A stretch of DNA of 39,434 nt from Polymyxa betae A26-41 (taxonomy: Eukaryota; Protista; Endomyxa: Phytomyxea), in the NCBI GenBank assembly GCA_003693705.1, contig RBZT01000383.1, forward strand, positions 1 to 39,434. Reading direction: 5' to 3'. The translations under genes were made by a program, and so were the position numbers. This document shows, piece after piece, positions 9,640-21,686 of this stretch; the stretch's first letter is position 1, and each line of letters begins with the position of its first letter. The notes under the pieces are model-generated. The model was not told the origin of the DNA. It ran no database searches and saw nothing but the letters and a program-made list of their open reading frames with translations.

Positions 9640-12143
9640 CAGTATGTTTTTATTAAGGTTTTCTCATATAAGCCCTGAACCCTGATTTCGGATGCCTAAG
9701 ACCCTGAAATCCGGTCCCAGGGTCTTATTTGGAACATTCCCTTACTACTAATGCTATTTTCAATATGCTCGATAGCGTAAACTTGCCCTGGCCATGGAAT
9801 CGAAAGCTCAATTTAGTTGGAACTTTTTTTCGATAATGAATACTACAAAATCGATTTTGCGAAGCCTTTCTCTCCAATCTAAAAATAAAATCGTATTTTG
9901 GCTATCAACACCTATCTCTCTTGAGGAAATGACGAATTTGCTAGAGATTTTGATTCAAAAGTGATTAGGTCCGCAGTTTCTTTATTAACGCCCTCAGAAA
10001 GACGTTGGCACCTTGATTGGATTGGATTGGATTGCACTATTTGTTCGCACCTTTCGGCAGAGTGGGCGGCACAATAACCCTAGTGCGGGGCCTGAACCGA
10101 GGTCCAGGTTCTCCTACTTAAAATTTTCGGAGATAATTCAGCCCATGAATGATAATCGTATTTCAGCCCTACAGAGGACTTAGAGACTTTGACAGTGAAG
10201 GCAGCCACCTGTTGGCCCAATCCTACAGGGAGTTGAACCCTGTACCTTCAAGAGGCTGTCGAGATCCCCTGCTGGTTTCCCAGCTTTCAGTATAATCGCG
10301 GCTATATCTCACAGCCAGCTTTCGTTGCTTTACGCAAAAATTTCGCCATTATTTTGCTGTGTCCATAGAGCGTCGTTAAAATTTTTTATTTTAGCTGCTT
10401 TGTATTTTGCCCGATGCTTAGATAGCGATCGTTTCAGTTTTGAGCATTTTATTAATAGGTGTTCGAGTGTTTCGCTCTTGCGTAAACAAAATCGGCATTT
10501 ATCGTTGGATTCGATGCCCAAGTTCTATAAATGGGCTTTACATCTGGTTTGACCAGTACGAGCTCTATTTAATAGAGGTCTGTTGTGTTTAACTATAAAT
10601 ATTCTCTGGGGTCGTGTTTGCACCATATATTTATCGATCATGAATGGATATCTCTGTGGATAATCATTGAATTGACTCGATTTAACATTTGTATCAAGAT
10701 ATCTCTGTAATCTAGCTCGGGTATGTTTCTTCAAATGTAAACGATATGAGCTTAGTAAAGGATCGTGCTGGGTTGGATCCCCAGATTGTGCGGCGTCCTT
10801 TGCTAATTCGTCGATAGTATTGCTTTCCGGGATCGCCGGCTCTGTATGACTAGGAACGAAGTGCAGTTCCACAGTGTTATTTCGGGCCAGTTTGGCAAGA
10901 TTTTTTGCACAGTCCTTGACAACTGCGTGGACATATTGTCGTTTATATGGGAGTGTTGCAAGCTGTTGTAAACAGGATAGAGAGTCACTAAAGATGTGAA
11001 TTTTTTGATTCTTCGGCCGTAGCCGTTTGTACACGTTTGCGATCCCATACTGGAGGGCAATAATTTCTGTCTCATAGCTTGATGTAGCGTCTGGGATGAG
11101 AATTCTCTCACAGACCTCGATTGAGGAAGTAACTTTATTGGTTTCAGGGTCGATAGTGTGAGTTATGAGAGGTGTGGAATCTGTTGGGAAATCCGGGCCA
11201 TACAGGCAGCCTTGCGGTATAATCCATCTATCTATATAAGCTGCACCGCAATATATCTCATCTGTATCTTCGTCTCTAGTTAGACTACCATCTGTTCAGA
11301 GAGTAATTCCGTCGCACTCTGGAATTAATGTTCCAGCTTTGTATTTGTTCAGAGCTTCTTCCTTTGTACTCAAATGAAAGATACATTGGCTCATATCCTC
11401 GAGTAGTATTGTGGCAATGATTTCCTGTGTATGAATGTGTATCTGTCCATTTCCAATGTATTTTTTAGGGATGCGATAATCAAAAGCGGCCTGAGCTATT
11501 CCAAACGGAGTCCAGTTCTCTCCATAACCGTCCCAATTTTCGAAATCTTTCTCTATCAAATTGCTACGCGAAATGGCTGTAAGAATTGCCATGGTTGTGT
11601 CTGTTCTGATTTTATCGGTTAACAGAGGGAATTTGGACATTGAATGCAGTAAGGGTATGGGGGTAGACTTCATGCAGCCAGTATAAGTTCTCATATATTC
11701 ATTGTATGCAGATTGTAATGGCTTCATGATCGCTGAATTGTGCATTTCAGCCCCAATCCATGTTGTGTAATAGTTCAGTTTGCCTCCTATGAAAGAGTGA
11801 CATAATTGTTGAAAAATCTTTTGACTGTTCGCTTGGGAGCTAAAACGATGCGAGGCTAACGAGATTAGTAGCAGAATGAAATTGTTTATCAGATAGAAAA
11901 AGGTCAGTACCAGCAGTGAGAGGATTGATCGGCGCCAAAGCGACGGTACTGGACCGTACTGGACCAGATTGTGGTCACGTGATCAGGCACGTGACTGGGA
12001 GCCTCGACATTTACTAATGCGGTATTTGCGCAACGCTTTGAGCGCTGCACATTTGGCACCTTGATAAGACCCTCAACACTCAGTTTGGCTAAGACCCTGG
12101 ACCCTGCCAATATTCCCCAGGGCCTTATTAGAAACTTTTACTG
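9640..12143. mobile_element. pogo/Tc1-like MITE interrupted by a LINE
   Basis: TA|CAGTA...TACTG|TA ends, imperfect TIRs, and shared TAAGACCCTG/CAGGG(T/C)CTTATT motifs at both ends. Confidence 0.55.
10018..12052 (-). mobile_element. Defective non-LTR retrotransposon (RT thumb, RNase H, C-terminal CCHC; I/Tad1-like group)
   Basis: RNase H motifs TL*TDGS, IHIFSDSLSCL, LHFVPSH, NTIDELAKDAA; zinc knuckle CRFC..ETLEHLLIKC; in-frame stops; (CCAAT)n 3' tail; 13-bp TSD TTGGCACCTTGAT at 10005-10017 and 12053-12065. Confidence 0.92.
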
Positions 12144-13269
12144 TATAGTCTATAGTGGCACAATAGTGCGCAGGCTGCAGACGTAGCACTTAGCAGATTG
12201 GATTCCGCACTGATGCAGTCCCGTGACTACACTCTCGGGAGAGGCCACCGCCTCTCTTTAGGTGTGGTCACTTTGGTGTCTTCCACTGCTGGAGCGCAGC
12301 CCTGGTAAAACCATGACGACGACACTCCACTCTGATTCAGTCACTCCTGTTTGATGCCTTCGCTCTGTCGTTGATCGTCGCATCTATTGTGCTCATTCAT
12401 ATATTTGATCTCCTCCTTGTCTATCAATCCCCGTCATCATTTAAGGTCAGCCCTTTACCCTCATATGTCCTTATTTGTAGAGCTTTGTTATTCATCGCTT
12501 GTTTGACGATCGCATGCTCGGCTCAAGATAATTCAACCGATCCAGCTCCAGTACGACATTCTAATTGCCATTCTGCTTCATGACTTGATTGCATGTTTTC
12601 AGTTCCTCGGATCTCTACAGTATTTTCGGGAAATGTGGTGGTGCTTAACGTGCCCATCTACGTTGCCCGAAGGGCTATTATTGCAGCCAATGGGGATAGT
12701 ACGTCGTGAAAACATCAAAAGTTTTTCATATTTTGCATTTTTCAACAAAACTTCTGAAGTACATATTGGGAAATTTTGTATTGCTTGTAAGAGTTCAATA
12801 TCTTACAGAGTATCTGAAATAGTCGAAGAACTTTTCAAAACTTCCGATTGGCTTTGTCGTAATTTTTATCATGAAATACGCAATGTGACGAATTCTGTGC
12901 TAATAATTCACTTTCAGCTGTGGTAATGCCCCCGAATATCGTAACAACGCTCTATGTGCTACTGAGGAACGTGATGATCCGGAACAAATCATGGTCGGTT
13001 TGGACCGTGGCTGCTCTCAATCATTCCATCATGATTATGTTTATAGCGTGGATTCTCCCCCGACGATTTGGTTATACAGCCCTTCCGAAACTTGACAACA
13101 TCATTTAACAATTAGTTAGGTCCAGGATTACATGCCACAGGATGAAACCGAAAACCCTAGCCAATATAACACCGACAATTTCGACAGGAGGAATTGGACA
13201 AATTCGACACCGAATCCCGCGAGATGCAAACCCTAAAACCTTAACCCCAAAATTCATCAACTGTCTAGT

Positions 13270-14800
13270 GCCAAGTCGAGAAGTTCCATTGGTGGGGCAA
13301 GTGCGGCATGGAAGGACACGGCAACTTCCGCTGCAAGTACGGCGAATGGTGCAACAGTTGAGGGCTAGTACGACTCCGGGATCCTTCTGTCGCTGAAACC
13401 CTAAACCCGATCCTTAGCTGCAGCAAATTTAACGGTGCCGCGAAAAACGCAGTTTGCCCGAAGGAGAGCTGCCCCAACCCTGAGACTATTATTGTAAGTC
13501 CAAATTTCACTAACACTGTATGTATCGTAACTAATGCGTCGTCCAGTACGAACTCACTCCTGACGATGACGTCCCTGTAATGATTTTGTGATGCGCGGTT
13601 TTCAAACTGAATGTGTTTCGTTCTAGCTTAAATACGTTCGACTTCCCCCAGCTGCTTGAAGTCCTAAACCCTAGTCATATGTCCAATCATGGTCCATATC
13701 ATCATGAATAAAATGCAGTTTTCGATTTCTTCCAAAACTGCAATCTCGTTGCTTTTCGAAAACAGATGACGAAAGAGAAAATTTTCAAAAAATTTTAGCT
13801 GTTTGTAATGCTCAGATTGGAGTTCTATAATCGCTGCGTTCTTCATGATCGGGTCGCGAACAGAGCCTGCCTGGCCATGGTGGCTCACACAGCCGCTTCC
13901 GACAGGATTTGTCGATGACTTTTTCGAGCTCTCTCTTCATGCCTGTGGTTCATCTTGCCAAGAGATAAATCTGCCGCCTGACTGACAGTGAATTTCGAGA
14001 TGAATGCTAAAAACATGCTCAGCCAGGGAAGATTCCTCATCATCCATCGCGGTGTTCCGGGCCAGCATGACCTGACTTTCCATTGCAATCGATACGTCTT
14101 CCATTCTGCCATAGAAAAACTTCGACTTCAACTACAATGAGTTGGTCTCCCTTAATATAGCCGTCATGATTATCAGCAAGAAAGCTGTGGCAGAGCGATT
14201 ATGAACAAAGGATATATTGTATTGGCAAGTTGAAGATAAAATCCACAAGTTCCGAGCGCGCCCTTTCGGGCATTGGGAAAATCGAATCCTCTGACCCGAT
14301 CTGCTCAGATGCACCTCAAGGTCATTCATTATCAGAGTCATGATACACGGTAGCATAACATTGTAGAAGATGTAGCTTTCTGTGATTTCTCGCTCTCAGT
14401 TTGGTCAGCGGCTCGGTCACATCCGCTGCAATATGTGTAGCAAAATCGCTTCTCGGTCAGCGTTGGCAAACACAACGAGGGGACGATCGAGAGAGAGCTG
14501 TATCGAACTTCAACTCAAGCCATGTAAAGCTTTTGAACGAATCATGCGTTATTTGGAAGGCACGTGGGATTGCGACATTTGTTTTCAGGCCCGGCCAGGC
14601 GGTTCTCAAGTCGATGTCCACAATGATGCCAATTTTGCCGGCGATCCTGACGATCGCAAGTCTACCTTCTGGCGGTATCATTTTATGCAACGGAGGTCCA
14701 GTTTTGTAGGTATTCAAGAAAACAGGGCTGTGTCGCACGTTCAGCAACCGAAGCCGTCATTCATCTGCATGGCGATTAAGCAAGCATGCTGGCATTCGAT
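13270..14800 (+). mobile_element. Degenerate Ty1/Copia remnant (gag knuckle to RT/RNase H)
   Basis: KCGMEGHGNFRC knuckle at ~13300. KAFERIMRYLEGT, NDANFAGDPDDRKST and frameshifted SGGIILCNGGPV..SRKQGCVARSATEA are Copia RT/RNase H hallmarks. Confidence 0.85.
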
Positions 14801-15006
14801 TTCAACGCCATTATTAGATTCCTCCGATGATCGCAGTCCGCAGACGTCAATGAGCTCAGCAAGAGACGTCAATGCAGAAAAGAGACGGCTCAGAGGTTAG
14901 AATGTGAGAATGACCTTCGGGTCAGGAATTTCAAGAAAACATTTTTACGCGGTAGAGTTTGGGTCAATTAGAAAATCAGTGCAAGTTTTCATGGTCGAAA
15001 AAGCTA

Positions 15007-15223
15007 CCGTATATCCCGGGCAAATAACCACCATTTACGCACTTTTTTTAATCCATTTTTCTCAATAACCAAAATGCTGTATAAAAGTGTTTTTATATCA
15101 CATGTGTACAATCCAACGATCTTTATTTTTATGTAAAAATTTTTGGTGAAGCTCATTTGCCGTCTCCAGAAATTGAATTCGAAAAAAGGTGCGTAGTGGT
15201 GGATATTTCCCCGGGATATACGG
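15007..15223. mobile_element. 217-bp Tc1/mariner(pogo)-type MITE
   Basis: ~40-bp near-perfect TIRs (CCGTATATCCCGGG.AAATA.CCACCA..TACGCAC) flanked by a TA TSD at 15005-15006 and 15224-15225. Confidence 0.88.
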
Positions 15224-15310
15224 TACCGTGTCAAAGTTGGTAAATACATTTTCGAAGGCAACGGTAGCGTTTCTGAAGCAAAAGTTGCGAACTCCGTAGC
15301 ACAAAAACAA

Positions 15311-15381
15311 TGCACCGACCGAGAATCGAACTCGGGTCAACTGCTTGGAAGGCAGCTATTCTACCATTGAACCATCGGTGC
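15311..15381 (-). tRNA. trnG-UCC: tRNA-Gly(TCC)
   Basis: GCACCGATGGTTCAATGGTAGAATAGCTGCCTTCCAAGCAGTTGACCCGAGTTCGATTCTCGGTCGGTGCA folds into a cloverleaf with anticodon TCC and A/B boxes. A T-run Pol III terminator follows. Confidence 0.97.
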
Positions 15382-16232
15382 TTTCTTGTTTAAGTATCTT
15401 CACATTTGCACATTCAACACGTCCCATTGCGAATTTCCAGCATTAACATTCGCAGCAAGGAAATGTTTTCCAACACACCTTTCATATTCATGATTGAATG
15501 AATCATTAGTACCTTGGCGGGTTCAATTTTAAACTTCATTGGTGTGAGCTTCGGACAGCGTTGGTGAAAGCTTGTTTTTTTTTCAGGTTGAATCAAACAA
15601 TGGAAAAGCTTTTACTATAAATCACCACGCTCTATAATTGTAACTTATGATCACGAAAACTTTATTCGAAGCTTGTAGTAAAGCCTTGTGGAATTCTACT
15701 GCTACAATTAAAATCGAACTTGTTTGATGGTATTTGATGCGTTAGTCATCATCATCCCTGCAGTCGAATATCAATGTGAAGCTGTCCATAATACATTCTG
15801 ATTAATTGTCCAAATATATTCCGCAATTTGCATCACCGAGACTCCTGAGAACCACGAAGGTGCCACGCCGGCGTACAGTCGGGCCTTGTACAACGAACTG
15901 AGCACCGCCCGTGTATATTAACAAGCTAGTCGAATCCAATCTCAATCCAATCGACAAAGTTGCAGAACACTCTCCTGCTATTTGAATTCAGCGCGTTCTT
16001 ACATTTTTACTTCATTCCAATTCAGATTTCTGCGGTTTGAAACCCCCCAAACGATGATAACGAAGGTATCCGATCAGCAAAACAAAATTTCATGATTGCA
16101 GAACCAATGGGGTTCGCCTCATTATCACGCACTTTGTGAGTTCGTGCACGGTGTTATGGTGCGACTTGACTACCTGGGTAACACCCTCATCAACATAGCG
16201 TTACCATTCCACTGTACCTAGTCGGTAACGTC

Positions 16233-17622
16233 ATGTCCAATGACATCCCCTATCAAACATGGCTACAACCCGGTGCCTTCCTCATCCTGATCCCCCTCGC
16301 CTTCGCGACCGCCGAGCCCACGTACCCGCTGGGGTCGCACCAACCCCACGTAGAATCCGTCGGGATCGTCCCTCGCGATACGTTACTGATTTCGGTTACA
16401 GGAGGCTCCCGCTTCTGATCCGTCGCCTGAATGTGTATCGTATGGTGGTTGCGCCCCTATCTCCAGCAGTAACATTACTAATCTGGATACTCTCCCATAC
16501 GACTGTCTACAACGTATGGCAGAGCTCTGTGATTCGCCCTCCAATCTCGCATTACGTTTCGTCTCCAAGGCATTGAACGAGGCCGCCAAGGACGCCGATC
16601 CGAATCCAGCCTCGCACGCATTTGTTCGCGGGCCGTACCCGCCCCGGCCGATCTCGCGACTCCGCCTGGACTCATCTGCGCCCATTACTGGGAATCCGTT
16701 GGGCTCATTTCCATTGCTGGATAATCTCTGGAAACTGAGAACGTTCCGTATCGGGAGATATGTGGTGGCCGTTCTCCAGAATAGATTGGTGATCATGACA
16801 ATCAATCTGCATGTGATAAGATCGCACACACTGGAACATGACGCTCTCGTGTTGAATTCCAGCTCCGGCTACTCTCCCTATCTCTGCCTGTCTCATGGTC
16901 GTACTGTCCTGTTTATGGACCCGGGGACGGGCCGTACCGTTTATTCTCTAGATGCCGATCATGCTGCATGCTACTATGATGATCTCCTATTAACTGCCGA
17001 TCAGCACACTATCAGCCTGATTCGAATCAGGTTTCATTCTCAGCAACATCATACAGTATGGTCCAGAGCAATACCAACCGGTCCGAAATCCAGATTTCTG
17101 ATTCGAAACGGATTCATTCTGCATTGGCAACCGAGGCCCTCTCCTGCCAGTATCTTCGTTCTGGACGCGAAATCCAGCAACTTTCTCTGGCGCCGAGATT
17201 CGCGAGCTACGGAGCAGTATCAGAATGTGTTAATGTCACATTCATCTATTACAGGCTCACGTATCGTCTATGGAAAAGGCAGTGGCGATAAGCTGGAGCT
17301 GCGACATTTCGATCTGAACTCGGGTGCAGAATCCGTTAAAGAACTGGACGAGACCTGGATGATATTCGGGAAGTATTTCGAGGTGATTTTGGCTGGTGAT
17401 GGATTCCTCATAGCTCGGGGTGCTACCGAGACCAGCGAATTCCAATACACCATCGTGGTCGTGGATTTCCTGACAGCGACCATCTCAAGGAAGAGAATTG
17501 ATCGAATGCCATTATGGCAGCCACATGTTGGGATCGCATTCCGTCCGGCTCCTTTTGCACCTGTTGAAATCAAGCTGGTCATGGTGAAAGAATTGATGCC
17601 TCTGTCTTCTGATGCATCATAG
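16233..17622 (+). CDS. Signal-peptide + F-box-like + beta-rich C-terminal domain protein (~445 aa)
   Basis: Exon 16233-16349; intron 16350-16401 (branch site TACTGAT); exon 16402-17622 in frame. Leader AFLILIPLAFATA; F-box-like LDTLPYDCLQRMAELCDSPSNLALRFVSKALN. Confidence 0.72.
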
Positions 17623-18305
17623 CCGTTTTTGCAAGGAATGGAAGCTCGCGAAGATATCGAGTGTGCTAAAAACTAACCGATCGGAGCCTTCGTCAATAGT
17701 TTTGATGAATCTTCAACAATGTAAAATACTACAGAAACCCTTCACTATTGTGGAAATCTGATACATTGCTGTGTTGGATCAATAGAAGCACAGACATTCC
17801 AGTTCGCTTGTTCATGTTCAGCTGCCATCAGCCCAAATTGTTATGCGAGCAGTCGGTTGAACCTGGTCCCTGTGCCGTCAAGGCGATCGGGGCTCTCCAT
17901 CCGATCCCTTACAGCCTAATCCTGTTCTAACGAAGGTGAATTACATTTGAGATTCGAATTCGCTTGAAGTGAAAGCGTGTCGGAAATTCAAACAAAAACT
18001 CGAACTTTGATGCCACCCTGCAAACACCGATTGGCAGCCACAGTCAACTTGCGACAAGACGTTCTCAACGGCTTTACTCAACGTCCAGGTGTTCTGTTGC
18101 ATGCTTCATTCAACGAACGATAATCTGGTCGACTACTGATTACGCTTTGACTGAAATTATCACACGATAATAACCGCAATGCAGTTTCATTGAATTAAAT
18201 AAATTACCAATAGGGGTGTTTACAGAAAACAACAGGAAAACTTCATATTTCCTCTAGCGTGGATTGTATATAACAGGCCACAAACGATATCGACCCGTGC
18301 TAGCC

Positions 18306-21231
18306 CTATGACCAGTTGCGCGGCTCCAGACGCAGATCCCATCGTCGATATGATGACGGCGATAAATCCATTGAGACGCTTTTCTTCAAGGTCGGCTTGT
18401 GATTACGCCCGATCCCAACGTGCTGGTCCTGCCCGTTTCCGTTTTTGTGAGGTTTCAGCGAACGCAGCCTGTCAAGAGATGTTAGCAGCAGCTCATCAAC
18501 GTTCAGCTTGCAGCGACCTTCTAGCGATTCGCATGGACATGGGCGCGATGCCGGCCTCAATCTGGTCGATTTCAACCTTCTCGCCAACCTTCAGATCAAC
18601 GTCGGCGCCGTCGTCGCACAGGAACTCGAACAGTTCCGGACTGCTGATATCGTTACCCTCGACCTTGATCACGATCTGGTTGTTGGCGACGGCGCTGATC
18701 GTTCCCATCTTCGGCAGCAGTTGGATATTTGTGCATCTAGAAGCAGCTCAGCAACACAAGTTAAAATTCAACAATGCCACCTAATGGCAAATTGCAGAAA
18801 GAATGAGTTCTCTTCAAAAGTACCGAAAAGCACATCAAAAAGACAAAAATCAATAAAAATATCTCGGAAATGGTTTACCGCCTGAATTTGGGTGCGGGTG
18901 CCAATGCCAATGATACAACATCGCCAATGCGAACAGCCGGCGCCGAATTCTGGTCGAGATCGGCCATCACGAACCGTACCAGCTCTTCATCGCCGTCGGC
19001 CTGGTAGCGCAGCTTGGCGCCACGCTGCAATGGATTGAACTGCTCGCTCAGAAGGCGGATCGTGCCGTAGACTGGAGTCGTCTCCGCCGCTCGCGAAGAG
19101 GAGGGCGAAGGGCGCTGGTCGGCGGTTAAGGCGCGGCGTAACGGCTCTGGGACGGCTGGATAGATCATGGAAGGTTGCTCGGTGATGACACCGAAAACGC
19201 GGTCGTCGTACAGCTGGACTGCTCCTGTAATCAAATGTATCAGTACAGCGTGACGATGCTCAACGAGAATGAGCAACAAGAAGCATGAAGAACAAAATAA
19301 ACACAAAATTGTGGAACAAATTAAAACCAGCAATAAAGATGCTTTCACGATAAAAGCTGGCAGGAAATCTTCAAAAACCAGCAGTTCAGAGTAGATGAGG
19401 CGACAAAATTAAAAAATCTGCAGAAAATGAGCAGTTTTGTACCCTTCGGAAGAACGGAGATACGGATGGCATTCTCCTGTCCATGATTGTCTAGAGCGAC
19501 GTTAAATTCGAGCTCGTCGCCGACAACGGGCCGATGCGATTTCTCAATAAACTCGTTCTGGTGGACGAACCTGCAACGACCCGATCAGCAACAATGCAAT
19601 CAGTTGGTGTGTGTAGCCGACATTTGCTCTTTGCTGCCATCCATCTTCAGGAATCCATAGAGATCTTTCCAGATTGTCAAGATGCCGCGTTTCCGGCCAT
19701 TAGCCGCACATCGAATCAGGAAGATATCGGTGGCAGAATAGGCATGCGTGCGGCGATCGAGCTTCAATCGGAAACCAACCTGGGATGGGGTTAAGGTTTA
19801 GGCTTTCGTAATCTGTGTAATGTTACCTGATCGCCATGGACCAGCTTGATGCCGGGAAACTTCAGGTCGACGCCGGTAAACGATAGGACCGTATCCTGGC
19901 CATAGGGAAGTTCGGAAACCGATTCAAGCCGGGCGCGCTCCTTCGATGGCAGCACAAGAGTGCCGTTGTCGTTGCTGCTGGGACGAGCTCGGCGACGGGT
20001 CTTCTGCGAGCTGGTATGCGAGCTTTCCAATCCCGAATCGATGAATCCATACAAAACCTGGCGATAAAAACATCAAAACGTAATCATAGTTTTGTGATTG
20101 AAAGAGAATAATGTAGATTATTATTAATGAAAAGTTGCAAAAAATATAAAGCACTGAAGATCACAATCAAATTATATGAAATTCTAATAAAACAGGAAAA
20201 GAGTTGCGATTGGCATACCGAGCTTTCGATGGTATAGAAGGAGATAGTTCCAGGCGGAAGCGTCTGGATTCTGGTAGCGACAACCCGTCCAGATGCAGTG
20301 GTGGATAGCGAGAAGAGGACCTCGAGCCCAGGCTGAATGTGGGCTTGATCATGGACACCAATGACCTCTGAGAAATGAAAGAACACCTGCTTATGCTCAC
20401 GTTCGGCGCACTTAATGAACCCATAATTCTGTTTAGCAGACACCACCACCCCAGTCTCACGAGCTGCATGTGGATCATGTACCGATTTGTAATCATCAGG
20501 GTTGCTCGACTAGAAAAGCTATCAGACAAATGATAAAAAAAGCGGAAAAAATTGCAAGAAAAAGCAGGCTAAGCTTTGAAAAAATTCATTTGAATGGATC
20601 TTGAAGGGGGTTCGTACCGTAGCGGACTCCTGATGCTGTAGTTCAGGTTTCGGATCGATGGCGACATTGCGGGCCGGGCGCTTCACAACTTCGACCTTGA
20701 TGGCCTTCTGCTTGCCGGTCGGCTCATCGATCACCTTCCGGAATCGGACTTCGTCGCCGATAATGACGGGCGGCAGGTCCGGAGCCACCTTTTAGACGTT
20801 AACCACGGACTCCGGAGCCAAGTACAGATCAACGCACGTACCGGCCCGAATCCCTTCGCCGTATTCGGATCGATATCGCTGTAGTGGAAGAAGATACGCT
20901 CGCCGGTATCCTCGCATTTCACGAAGCCGTACGCATGTTTCAGGTTGTGTACGACGCCGGTCATGGGAATACTGGAGTCTTTATCAACGTCGTCGACGAC
21001 CGCGGCCAGCAGCGGCTTTTCAGTCTTCTCATGAGTGTCATCGTGATATTCTTTGTGAGTGAATCCCGTTGGATAGAAAGCAGGTGATGTAGGCCGCAGC
21101 TTGGTCTTGATTGGGACGATGGCGGCGGCTGTTGTCGACCGATCGAACGAGACGTGCTGCGGTTCGATCTGGTGATGTTGGCGGGCAGCGGCGGCCGCCG
21201 ACGTGAGCGAGGGGGAATGTAACTTCGACAT
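18306..21231 (-). CDS. Multi-cold-shock-domain RNA-binding protein (CSDE1/UNR-like), multi-exon
   Basis: Repeated CSD RNP motifs YGFVKC..RIFFHYSD, YGFIKC..QVFFHFSE and YGFIDS, plus GDEVRF/GDELEF strands. N-terminal PAM2-like KLRPTSPAFYP. Confidence 0.85.
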
Positions 21232-21310
21232 GGCGTTTATGATGTTCTTGGACTTATTCACGAATGGAGGGAGGCGTGCCTATTCTCATCGGGCACGTGC
21301 CGATCACGTC

Positions 21311-21349
21311 TAGGGTTTCAGCCACTCTAGTAGGGTTTCTCTAGGGTTT
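21311..21349 (-). promoter_or_regulatory. Three clustered telo-box motifs (AAACCCTA) upstream of the CSD gene
   Basis: TAGGGTTT at 21311, 21331 and 21342, 80-120 bp 5' of the ATG. Confidence 0.5.
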
Positions 21350-21686
21350 CACAAGCCCGGGATCACGCCTGTGGAATCAAGACCGCTTTCAGTAGAGCGG
21401 CATTACTGCAGCAGTCGTCGTAACGCATGTAATGTTATCAATTGATTTTGTATCAAACGCATCGGTGTGAATTACGTTCTGCTGTAGCGAGTTGGAAATA
21501 GAAAGGCGTTTAGCGAAGAGATGGTAAACTATTATTGAATTTAATGCAATTAATAAATACCGTTTTGCATCTGGGTTATCTTGCTTGTCAGAGTTTGTTT
21601 ACAGGAGATGTTGCAATCTCGAATGATAATAAATGGAATAAATATTGAAGATTGGAGTTTAATCAGGATTTCCGGTTGGGATCTTA

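Noticed and set aside
10100-10300. Hammerhead or HDV ribozyme in the LINE 3' UTR
   Set aside because: No CUGAnGA/GAAA core or HDV pseudoknot could be laid out by eye.
12371-12583. Signal-peptide-like exon ALLFIACLTIACSAQD
   Set aside because: No convincing start codon or downstream exons could be assembled.
18308-18885. Plus-strand ORFs of 125-158 aa
   Set aside because: Antisense shadows of GC-rich exons of the CSD gene. The same applies to plus-strand ORFs over the chitin synthase and SET genes.
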